A model generated the notes under the pieces. It worked only from the letters and a program-made list of their open reading frames with translations. It had not been told where the DNA came from and ran no database searches. Shown in pieces: positions 14,566 to 24,084 of a DNA stretch of 64,000 nucleotides. Positions within the stretch are counted from its first letter, which is position 1. Every line of letters begins with the position of its first letter. The stretch is from Parvularia atlantis (taxonomy: Eukaryota), in the NCBI GenBank assembly GCA_943704415.1, contig CALSCO010000133.1:1-64000 (forward strand), read 5' to 3'. Made by a program: the position numbers and the translations under genes.

Positions 14566-14697
14566 AGCAGTCTGACAAGCCGCGTCCACGGCTGTTTGCG
14601 TCTCCCTCTGTCTCCTGGCCTCTCGCTCCCGCGCGGTGCCGCTCCCTCGGTCGCGCAGTCCACGCAGCACGGCCCACCCCGGCCCAGTTTGCACGCC

Positions 14698-14705
14698 TGA
14701 CGTCA
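14698..14705. promoter_or_regulatory. CRE/ATF-type palindrome TGACGTCA in the NLE1-PMCA divergent spacer
   Basis: Perfect consensus about 95 nt upstream of the PMCA ATG; function not shown. Confidence 0.3.
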
Positions 14706-14799
14706 CTCGCCCCGTGCGCGCGCCATGGCCAGGCAACGCCGGCGACGTCGCGCTCCCAACGCGCACCCGCCGCACCGCACCGCGCCGCCGCCGCGTCCC

Positions 14800-17700
14800 A
14801 TGGCGACCTTCAGCGTCACGAATGAGCAGCTGGTGCGGGCGGCCAGTGCGGCCCACAACGTGCGGGCTGACGCACGGGCACAAGGGCGCGCTCGTCGACC
14901 CCAAGTCGCCCGACCGCCTCGAGGCCCTCGGCGGGCTCGCGGGCCTGCTGCGCGCGCTCAAGACCGACAGCAAGCGCGGCGTGCCGGCGGCCGAGGCGGC
15001 TGACGGCTTCTCTGCGCGCCGGGCGCAGTGCGTCGCTGGGCCCGGCGGGACGCGCGTGCGCGCGACAAGGCTGACAGTCGCACAGCTTTGGCCGCAACGC
15101 CCTGCCCGAGGGCGAGCACACGACCTTCTTCGGCCTCGTGTGGGAAGGTCTGCAAGACAAGACGCTGATCATGCTGATTGTGTCGGCCGGCGTGAGCCTC
15201 GTGCTCGGCATCCGCGAGAACCCGGCCTCGGGCTGGATCGAGGGCACGGCGATCCTTGTGGCCGTGCTCGTCGTGGTCATGGTCAGCGCGCTCAACGACT
15301 ACTCCAAGGTACCGTGCGCGGCCGTCCGTGCCGCGCGCGCGCGCGCTTAGCACGGCGTCGTGAACAGGAGCAGCAGTTCCGCGCACTCAACGCCAAAAAG
15401 GACAACAAGGACGTCAAGGTCGTGCGCGGCGGCGAGCAGCTGCAGGTGTCGGTCTACGAGATCAACGTGGGCGACATCGTCACGGTCGAGACGGGCGACA
15501 TCATCCCGGCCGACGGTGTGTACGTGTCGGGCCACGGCATCAAGTGCGACGAGTCGGGCGTGACGGGCGAGAGCGACTCGATCGCCAAGCCCGACGACGA
15601 CCCGTTCTTCCTCTCGGGCACGCAGGCACGCCCGTGGGCCCATCCCTGCGTGGTGCAGCAGGCTCACCGGCCGCCGCTGACAGGTGCTCGAGGGCTACGG
15701 CCTGATGGTCGTGATCGCGGTCGGACCCAACTCGATCCACGGCAAGGTGCGCCGTCGGCGGCCCGCGCCGCGCGCGCTGCTCACGGGCGTGGTGCGCCCC
15801 CCCCCAAGACGATGATGTCGCTGCGCGTCGAGTCGGAGGACACGCCGCTGCAGGGCCGCCTTGACAAGCTCGCGGACCAGATCGGCCACATCGGCCTCGG
15901 CATGGCCGTCATCACACTCGGCTCGCTCATCATCAAGCACATCATCATGGAGTGCGTGCGCAGACGGCGCGCGCGGTGGTCGGCTCACGCACGACGGTGC
16001 GTGGTGCAGCTTCAGCCACGCGAGGCCGCTGTTCTCGGTCGAGTTCTTCTCGGCCCTGGTGCACTACGTGATCACCGCCGTCACGATGGTCGTCGTGGCC
16101 GTACCAGAGGGCCTACCGTTGGCCGTGACGATGGCGCTCGGTGCGCACGTGCTGTGCGCGGCGTGCGGCGAGTCGCTCACGCGCGCCGGCAGCCTACTCA
16201 ATGATGAAGATGCTCGACGACAACAACCTGGTGCGCCACCTGTCTGCCTGCGAGACGATGGGCGGTGCGACGACGGTTCGTGTGCTCGCAAGCCCGGATG
16301 CGCGCTGATCTGCGTGTCCGGTGCGCAGATCTGCTCCGACAAGACGGGCACGCTCACGCAGAACCGCATGACGGTGGTCGAGGGGCGCGTGGCCGAGGTG
16401 CCCTTTGGCGCCGACGTGACTACGCTGAAGAAGGAGCTGTCGCCGGCGCAGCTCTGTGCGCGCTAGCTCGCACGCCTGCGTTGCACTCGCTGAACGCGTG
16501 GCTCGCAGCGCTGCTGGAAAAGTCGATTGCGCTCAACTCGACCGCGTACGAGGGCAAGACGAGCAAGGGCACGGTCGAATTCATCGGCAACAAGACCGAG
16601 GGCGCGCTCATGGGCCTGACGAAGAAGCTCGGCAGCGAGTATATGAAGGTGCGCGCGGCGTCGACCGTCGTCGAGCTCCTGCCGTTCTCGTCGCAGCGCA
16701 AGGTGCTGTGGCAGCTGTCGGGCGTGCGTGACGTGACGCGCCTGCGCAGTCCATGGGCGTGGTCGAGAAGCTCGCGGACGGCAGCCACCGCATCTACGTC
16801 AAGGGGTGCGCGGGCGCTGTGTCCGCTTGTGCGCGCACTCACGGGGGTGGGCGCAGCGCGAGCGAGATCATTCTGTCGTACGCGAAGAGCATGGTCAAGA
16901 AGGACGGCTGCGTGGCGCCGCTCGATGCCGCGGCCGTGGCGAGCTTTGAGGCGCACATTGACACGATGGCCAAGAACGCCCTGCGCACGATCGGGCTCGC
17001 GTACCGGTGCGTCGGGATGCACAGCCGTGCATCACGCGCGCACTGACCCGTCCCGCCAGCGACGTGCCCGCGGGCGCCAAGGCGGGCAGCTGGGACGACC
17101 TGGCGGTGAAGGACCTGGTGCTGATCGGCATCGTCGGCATCGAGGACCCGCTGCGCGAGGAGGTCGCCGACGCGGTCAAGCGGTGCCAGAAGGTGCCGCG
17201 TGGCCAGCGCGCGTTGCTGCCTGCCAACCCGCGCGCAGGCCGGCATCGTCGTGCGCATGGTCACGGGCGACAACAAGGTCACGGCGATGAACATCGCCAA
17301 GAACTGCGGCATCTACACCGAGGGCAAAGGCCAGCGCGTGATGGAGGGCCCCGAGTTCCGCGCGTTGACCGAGAAGCAAATGGACGAGGTCGTGCCGCGG
17401 CTGACAGTGCTTGCGGTGTGAGCGCCGGCGCCCGGGCGTGACGCAGGGCAAGACTCACGCGCGCGTGTGTGCGCGCGCGCATCAGCGCTCGTCGCCGCTC
17501 GACAAGCAGATCCTCGTCGAGCGCCTCAAAAAGCTGGGCGAGATCGTTGCCGTCACTGGTGACGGCACCAACGACGGCCCGGCGCTCAAGGTGCGCGGAG
17601 GTGGCCGCGGCCTGTGAGCGCGTGCTGACTGTACGCGCCCGGCAGCTCGCGCACGTCGGCTTCAGCATGGGCATCACCGGTACCGAGGTGGCCAAGGAGG

Positions 17701-19410
17701 CCTCGGGTGTGTCGCTCGCTGTGTGTTCTCGCGCGTGCCTGTGTGCTGAGAGAGTGCACGCGCACAGACATCGTGCTCATGGACGACAACTTTTCGTCGA
17801 TCGTCAAGGCGGTCATGTGGGGTGCGTCAGCGGCGGTGGCCGTGTTAAGGCGCGCTGACGCAGAAGCGCGCGACAGGCCGGAACGTGTACGACTCAATCC
17901 GCAAGTTCCTTCAGTTCCAGCTGACGGTCAACCTGGTGCGCAGCGCGCGCTGCACGCCGTGGAAAGGCCTCACGCGAAACGCCGCAGGTCGCCGTCACGC
18001 TCGCGTTCGTCGGCTCGATCATGGACGAGGGCGGCGAGTCGCCGCTCAAGCCCGTGCAGCTGCTGTGGGTCAACTTGATCATGGACACGATGGCCGCGCT
18101 GGCGCTTGCGACCGAGCCGCCGACGCCGGCGCTGCTGGACCGCAAGCCGTGCGCGCCGGGCGGGGGGTTAGGAAGCGTCGCCAACTGACATTCGCGCGCG
18201 CGCCCACAGGTACGGCCGCGACGGCTCGAACCTCATCACGCCCAAGATGTGGAAGCACATCATCGGCCAGGCGCTGTTCCAGGTGCGCGCGCGGCTCTTG
18301 CACGGCGTGTGCGGGGCTGAGCGATGCGCCAGTTCACGGTCAACTTTGGCCTGCTGTACGCCGCGCCGCACATGATGGACCTCGAGGCGCACTCGACGCG
18401 CCACCTAACGATCTTCTTCAACACCTTTGTGCTGTGTCAGGTGCGTCTGTGTGTGCACAGGTGCGCGACCTTGCTTGACGGCGCGGCCAGGTGGTGAACG
18501 AGATCAACGCGCGGCGCATCAACGACGGTGCGCGGCTCGCAACGACGGCACATGTGTCCGCGCTTGACCCGTCGCCGCTCGCCATGCGCAGAGCTGAACG
18601 TGTTTGACAACTTCTTCAACAATTACATCTTCCTCAGCGTCATCGGCGGCACACTCGCGCTGCAGGCCTTGCTGGTGCAGTTTGGCGGTGCGCGTTCTGC
18701 AGCTGCGCGCTGTTGTGCGGCTCACGCGGCCCCGCGTGCACGCAGGCTCGTTCGCGGGCACCGTCGCGCTGTCTGCCAACGACTGGCTGCTGTGCGCGGG
18801 CATCGCGCTGCTATCGCTGCCGCTGGGTGCGCGGTGGTGGTCACGCGTTCGCGCCGACGCTAATGCTGTGCGCGCAGGCCTCATGCTCCGCCTGCTGCCG
18901 CTCGAGCGCCTGCTCACGCCGTCGCCGACCTCGGCCACGCCCGCCGTCAGCAAGCAGCTGTCGCAGTCCAAGAGCCTGGCCAACCTGTGCGTGCCATCGC
19001 CGTGCCTTGCCACGCGCACACGACTGACGCGTCCCGCCACCAGCGTCCGCAAGAACATACGCAACGGCTCGCTGACGTCGCTGACCGTGGACGACAAGCA
19101 GACGCACCAGCACGCGCACGTGCGCCCGCCTGCGCCTGCCTCGCGCGTCGCATCGCTCACATCTCGCGCGCGGGCCGCAGGAGATGTGGGACAAGGTGCG
19201 CCACGCCGCCGTGCAGCGCTCGATCATCGACTTTCTGCGGCGCAGCCGGAGCCGCCTGCGCTCGAGCGGTGCGGCACCGCGTATGTCGTGCGCCGCGGCG
19301 TGGGGGCTCATGCCATGCGCGGTGCAGAGCTGGTCGCATCGATGCCGTCGCTCTCACGCGCGTCGTCGGAGCCCGCGCCCAGGACGGCCAGCAAGACCAA
19401 GGCGGCGTGA
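14800..19410 (+). CDS. P-type IIB calcium ATPase (PMCA/Pmc1-like), heavily spliced
   Basis: [90 protein letters not shown]. Confidence 0.96.
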
Positions 19411-19490
19411 GCTCCCGTGCCGCGCGCGAATATAAGCCATCTAGCAGTGCAGAAAGAACAAAGTAAAAGGACAGTGCAGCGGCGGCAGCA

Positions 19491-19826
19491 TCACAACGAC
19501 CCGGGGCGGGACGGCGGGGGCGACTCGGTCACCTGCACAAACAGCACGCCGGCGCGCTGCTTTGCGAATGCGTTGCTGCGCGTTGACGCGGGCGTGTGTG
19601 AGCCACACCCTGCTGCGGCTGCGCGACGCACAGCTTGACGAGCTCCTCCGGCGGGAAGCCGTCGTGGCGGCTGCGCGGCTCAAACTCGACCTGCGGCGCG
19701 GCGCGCGGGCCGCTTTGTGAGAAACGAGGTGATCAACCACAGAGCGCGCGCGCGCCGCACCACGAAGCCGTTGTGGTAGATCACGCACGCGCGCGAGTAC
19801 GTCGGCGAGCCCGCACGCATAGGCAT
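19491..19826 (-). CDS. Small hypothetical protein (~69 aa, two introns), missed by the ORF track
   Basis: Two canonical GTGCG...CAG introns join MPMRAGSPTYSRACVIYHNGFV|VEFEPRSRHDGFPPEELVKL|NAFAKQRAGVLFVQVTESPPPSRPGSL*. Confidence 0.5.
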
Positions 19827-20068
19827 GGTTCGTGTGTGGGACGAGGGGGCCGTGCGAAAGTGGCGCGCGAAGAAAGAAAGTAAAAAACAGTCGGCGCGAC
19901 GCCGCGGCTGTGTGACGCGCCGTTGCTTTCTGGCGCCAGGGGGCCGTCGACCAATCGGAACGCGTCCCGGCGCCACGCGGTGTTGACGGTTCCGTCACCG
20001 TACCATGCTTGCGCACGCCTCGGACGTCGGCGGCGGACGCGAGCGCAAGCGCCCACTTTTTGTGCGCG

Positions 20069-21157
20069 ATGGAGAACGGCTCGACCGAGCGGCAGCTGGC
20101 CCGCGCGGCCGTGCTCGTGCTGCGCAACGTGGCGCGCGGCTTTGCGCAGGCGCTCGAGCACGGCGCGCGCGCGCCGGACCTGGCTAACCTAGACCCGCTG
20201 CGGACGCTGGTGCGCGGGCAATGTCGCGGCGTGGGCGCGGGCTGAGCGGGCGGCGCCGCACGCGCGCGCGCGCGCAGATCCTCGGCCAGCTCAAGCAGAA
20301 GGTCGAGACGTACTGGGTCTGCCGCACGCCCGTCGTCCGGCGCGACTACCGCCGCGTCGTGCTGCTGCTGTCGGTGCTCAACTGCATATCGCTGCTGCAG
20401 GCGCAGCACGACGCGCTCTGGCGCCGGCGCAACGAGGGCCCACTGGCACGTGACGAGGCGTACGCGTCCGAGGATGGCCTGCGCGACGGCGGCAGCGGCG
20501 ACGACGACCCCGCGGCCGCCTCGCTCGCCGTCGTGCGCGCCGTGGCCGACTACGCCGAGCAGCTGCACTGGGTGCGCACGGTCGCCCTCACGCGCACGGG
20601 CCAGGACACGCTGCTCCCGCCCGTCGAGCTGCGCCGCGTCAACGCCGCCGGCGCCGCGCACCCGCGCGAGACCGCCGACTACTTTGCAGGCGGCGACCGC
20701 ACGGCGCTGCTTGAGCTGCTCCGCGCGGCCACCGAGCGCTTCGAGGCGAGGTGCGGCGCGGCCTGGGCCCGTGCGACCGTTCGCGCACTGACGACGCACC
20801 TCCGCGCGCCCACAGCAAGGTCGAGTCGGTGCAAAGCGCCGGCGAAGCCGCGTCAGACGACGACGACGACGACGACAACGAGGCCGACAACGACGCGTCA
20901 CCCGCGAGCAGCACGAGCTCGTCGGCAGCGGCATCGGCCGCGTCGGACGAGGTCAAGCAGTGGCTGCGCGAGGTGCGCACGCCCGCGCCACGCCCGCCGC
21001 AACCTGATCAGCCGCGCCGGCGCAGATGCACAGCGGGCTCGACAAGGTCGCCGCGGCGTTCACGGCCAACGCCTGGGCCGACACCAAGTACCGCGTGCGC
21101 TACATCCGCCGCACGGCCACGAGCCGCTCGAGCGTGAACGTGGGCGCACACCAGTGA
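20069..21157 (+). CDS. Hypothetical protein (three introns, acidic tract)
   Basis: Host-like codon usage and canonical introns join MENGSTERQLARAAVLVLRN...ILGQLKQKVETYWVCR...EVKQWLRE|MHSGLDKVAAAF...VGAHQ*; no family recognised. Confidence 0.65.
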
Positions 21158-21184
21158 GGCCGCGGTCATGTAGTGCAACAACAA

Positions 21185-21743
21185 AGTCTCAGCGTTCGTG
21201 CACATATACAGTGAGCCGGTCACGAACGCCGAGGCGGCCGCGGTGCTGCCGGGCTGTCGTCGAAGAGGTCGATGTTCTCCATGTCGTCGTCCTCGTCTGG
21301 CGGCTGTGGGCCCGTGCNNNNNNNNNNNNNNNNNNNNNNNNNNNNNNNNNNNNNNNNNNNNNNNNNNNNNNNNNNNNNNNNNNNNNNNNNNNNNNNNNNN
21401 NNNNNNNNNNNNNNACGCCGAGGCGGCCGCGGTGCTGCCGGGCTGTCGTCGAAGAGGTCGATGTTCTCCATGTCGTCGTCCTCGTCTGGCGGCTGTGGGC
21501 CCGTGCACGCAACGGGCAGCGGCAGCCGGCGGTCGCACAGCCGGGGCAGCACACGCGCACGTCAAACTGGTTCAGCTCCATGTCCTGCGCGACGCTCGCG
21601 TACCCAGCCAGGTGGCTGAGGTGGCGGTACCATCACACGAGCGCGACGGCGCCGAGAATCGCCGCGACCGTCAGGCTGCCCGGCACGCTCCACTTGACCA
21701 CATTGAAGGCCGCGGCCGTGGGCGTTGCCGTGGGCGTCGCCGT
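21185..21743 (-). pseudogene. Duplicated, 5'-truncated copy of the 3' end (TM, tail, last intron, 3' flank) of the membrane-protein gene at 24085-26454
   Basis: Near-identical to 24046-24413 with about 5 substitutions and 2 small indels; intron branch point CTGAC changed to CTGCC; no upstream exons. Confidence 0.8.
21318..21414. other. Assembly gap (97 N) with about 90 bp repeated on both sides
   Basis: acgccgaggcggccg...cccgtgc occurs both immediately before and after the Ns. Confidence 0.95.
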
Positions 21744-24045
21744 AGGTTCAGATCAGGTTGCAAATCAGAAGAAAAGAGCCGAGGTGACAATGTCTTGCAG
21801 GATTCGCGACGCCACGGGAGTAACATATTCGTGAAGACGGCTTGTAAGTGAACCAGCACCCACACGCGCACCTTTCAAAGCACTGCTGCCAGTTTCAAAC
21901 TGCTTGGCGTAGATGATGACATCAAGCAGCTTCACAGGGTATATCTCCTCCGGTAGGCCGTTTGAAATATGGCCTGTGGTCGTGATCCAGGACTTGTCAA
22001 TCAGCGTCTGCAGCTGCGATGAGTACTCGCTGTGCCGATTGGAGCGGTGTTTCTTGTTTTTGTTTGCAGCAGCAGCCGCAGCAGTGTCACAGGCGTGCTG
22101 CCCTGAGATTGGTTTGAAGGCTGTCACATCAGCCTTGGCGATCATGTCCAGCGTGACATCGCCATAAACAAACGGCCTCAGAAAAGCCTCATTCTCCTTG
22201 TAGAGTAAATGCATAACTTCATTTATCACAGCGCTGAACTCGTTGCTCGTGCTGCCAGCGACAAGCTTGCTTCCAAAAGGAGACATGATATCCTCAAACT
22301 GCGCTAGCGCCCTCGACTGCGCAGCCATGATAGATGCCTCCTCAGTCGCCGTGGGGTCCGTGGAGCTCACAGCAGCCTTCTTGTCGTCAGTGGAAATGTG
22401 CGCGCCTTGAGGGGTAATGGTTTTGACGACAGCAACAAAATTGTCCACTTGACGGGTGTTTGTCCCTACCAAGAAGACGCAGATGCGCGCCAGAATGTCC
22501 AAGTTTGCCAGCAGCAGAGACGGAGAGGCAAAGCCGCCCACCAAATGCCTCAACACATTCTTCAAGTCTGCAACGTCAGTAAGTGGCGCCTGATATATGC
22601 GACACTGCTTGAACTTTGTCCCATTCATGTTTGGGGCACCGACGAGCGAAAACCGCTGAGCGAGCAGTCTGTGCTGCCTGTACTGTCCAGTAATCAGCAG
22701 TGGAAGAGACGATGACGACCCGCAAGCGATCACTCCAATGCGCCCGCTCGCATTGTTTGCAAGCGCTAGCAGGGCACCCAGTGTGTATAACCGCACCTCG
22801 TTCGCCGCACGCGAGTCGTTCGTCAATTTCAGGCTGCTCATCCAAAGATGTTCTATTTCGTCTACTACTACCAGCAGGCGGCTGTCAGTGTCTTCCAATG
22901 CGCGTGAGATCCGCTCAACTATGGTTTCATAGTCATCTTCGGGGGCAGGCAGTGGCACATCAGCGCGTTGAAGCCGTTCAGCAATAATTTCGTCCAGGGG
23001 CACCGTCAGCAGCTTGTTGTTCGTCATATTTCTTAAGTTGTCATATGTCACGTACAGCGTGTGCAGCCGCTGTTCCTTGTGCATCAGCGGCATGAATTCG
23101 CACGCTGAGCGCAGAATCGTCGACTTTCCTATTCCCTTGGCGCCGACAACCAGACGCGCGTTGTTACCAACTGAGCCCACGAAGAAACCCTTGCAGATTT
23201 GGTGGACGTGCACAGATAGGAAGGTTAGCAATGAGAGCTGCGGCTGAGTTTGAAATATTTCTACCTTGTGCGGGTTCGCACGGTTTGTTCCAGCACCGCT
23301 CGCGGCTGATATTGCCTGAGCCAGCTGCACAGTGTCCGCGGGTTTCAGGCTGACGTACTCTTTGCTTGGAGGCAAAAGCTGCAAAGCGCTCTGAACTTGA
23401 GGCTTATTGAAGCGAGCCAGAAACTTGGGCCCGGAGCCGGGCCACAAGACGACGGCGCGCAAGTGTGCAGCCATGGGCTTAGCTGAGCCCCAATGGGTCT
23501 CGATAGTCGGCTGTTGGGCTGCGCCGCCTGCACGTGGTTTTCCCATCAGCACACGGCTCTCGTCACCCACGCAACCATGCACGTACGAGGGGGGAGGTAG
23601 AAGCAATGACGAAGCTGGTGGTAGCCGCTCGCCGCTTGGTCGTGAGGCTGTTCGGCAATCCTTTCGGCAAACTGGATGCGATGAGGGAATGCCGCCGCTG
23701 CTTTGCTGGTGGCGATTGTCTATCCGTCGCTGCCTGACGCTCCTGAGCACCGAGGGGCGTGCGCACGTTGAAAACCTTCCCAAAAGAGAACGGTTGCGAC
23801 AGAAGCAGCGGTGCGGCAGACGCGAGCGAGCGTGTGACCGGCAACCGCAGACAGAGGGTAACGGCTAAACATATGTACAAAAGTATAAGAAGGAGTTTCA
23901 TTAGGCTCAGTCCGAGTGGCACAAGTCATTTTCACCGTGGCACATCCCGGCTAAACTTAAGTGCACAATTGATGCGAGCGTCAGCCCGACTGTAATGACA
24001 GTTATCACTGCAGCTGTAACCGTGTGACTCTAAGGCTTGTCTTTT
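21744..24045 (-). mobile_element. Putative foreign/mobile 2.3-kb insertion carrying the NTPase, flanked by ~370-bp direct repeats
   Basis: Sharp compositional borders coinciding with the inner ends of the duplicated host segment; no TIR, LTR or transposase seen. Confidence 0.5.
21765..23546 (-). CDS. Intronless P-loop NTPase (AAA+/STAND-like; possibly Crinkler/RHS-related), ~590 aa
   Basis: Walker A LVVGAKGIGKST, Walker B LLVVVDEIE, sensor-like strand IGVIACGSS, C-terminal LQTLIDKSWI (wHTH-like); first ATG 23546 (frame open to 23783); clearly lower GC and non-host codon usage. Confidence 0.85.
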   Translation of the reverse strand: MGKPRAGGAAQQPTIETHWGSAKPMAAHLRAVVLWPGSGPKFLARFNKPQVQSALQLLPPSKEYVSLKPADTVQLAQAISAASGAGTNRANPHKVEIFQTQPQLSLLTFLSVHVHQICKGFFVGSVGNNARLVVGAKGIGKSTILRSACEFMPLMHKEQRLHTLYVTYDNLRNMTNNKLLTVPLDEIIAERLQRADVPLPAPEDDYETIVERISRALEDTDSRLLVVVDEIEHLWMSSLKLTNDSRAANEVRLYTLGALLALANNASGRIGVIACGSSSSLPLLITGQYRQHRLLAQRFSLVGAPNMNGTKFKQCRIYQAPLTDVADLKNVLRHLVGGFASPSLLLANLDILARICVFLVGTNTRQVDNFVAVVKTITPQGAHISTDDKKAAVSSTDPTATEEASIMAAQSRALAQFEDIMSPFGSKLVAGSTSNEFSAVINEVMHLLYKENEAFLRPFVYGDVTLDMIAKADVTAFKPISGQHACDTAAAAAANKNKKHRSNRHSEYSSQLQTLIDKSWITTTGHISNGLPEEIYPVKLLDVIIYAKQFETGSSALKGARVGAGSLTSRLHEYVTPVASRILQDIVTSALFF

Positions 24046-24084
24046 AGTCTCAGCGTTCGTGCACATACGTATACAGTGAGCCGG

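Noticed and set aside
21226..21506. Apparent ~90-bp tandem repeat around the N run
   Set aside because: Identical sequence on both sides of a scaffold gap is most simply overlapping contig ends
21744..24045. Classical DNA transposon, Helitron or retroelement identity for the insert
   Set aside because: No terminal inverted repeats, short TSD, CTRR end, LTR, poly(A), DDE, HUH or RT motifs seen; only a weak imperfect hairpin near 23990-24013
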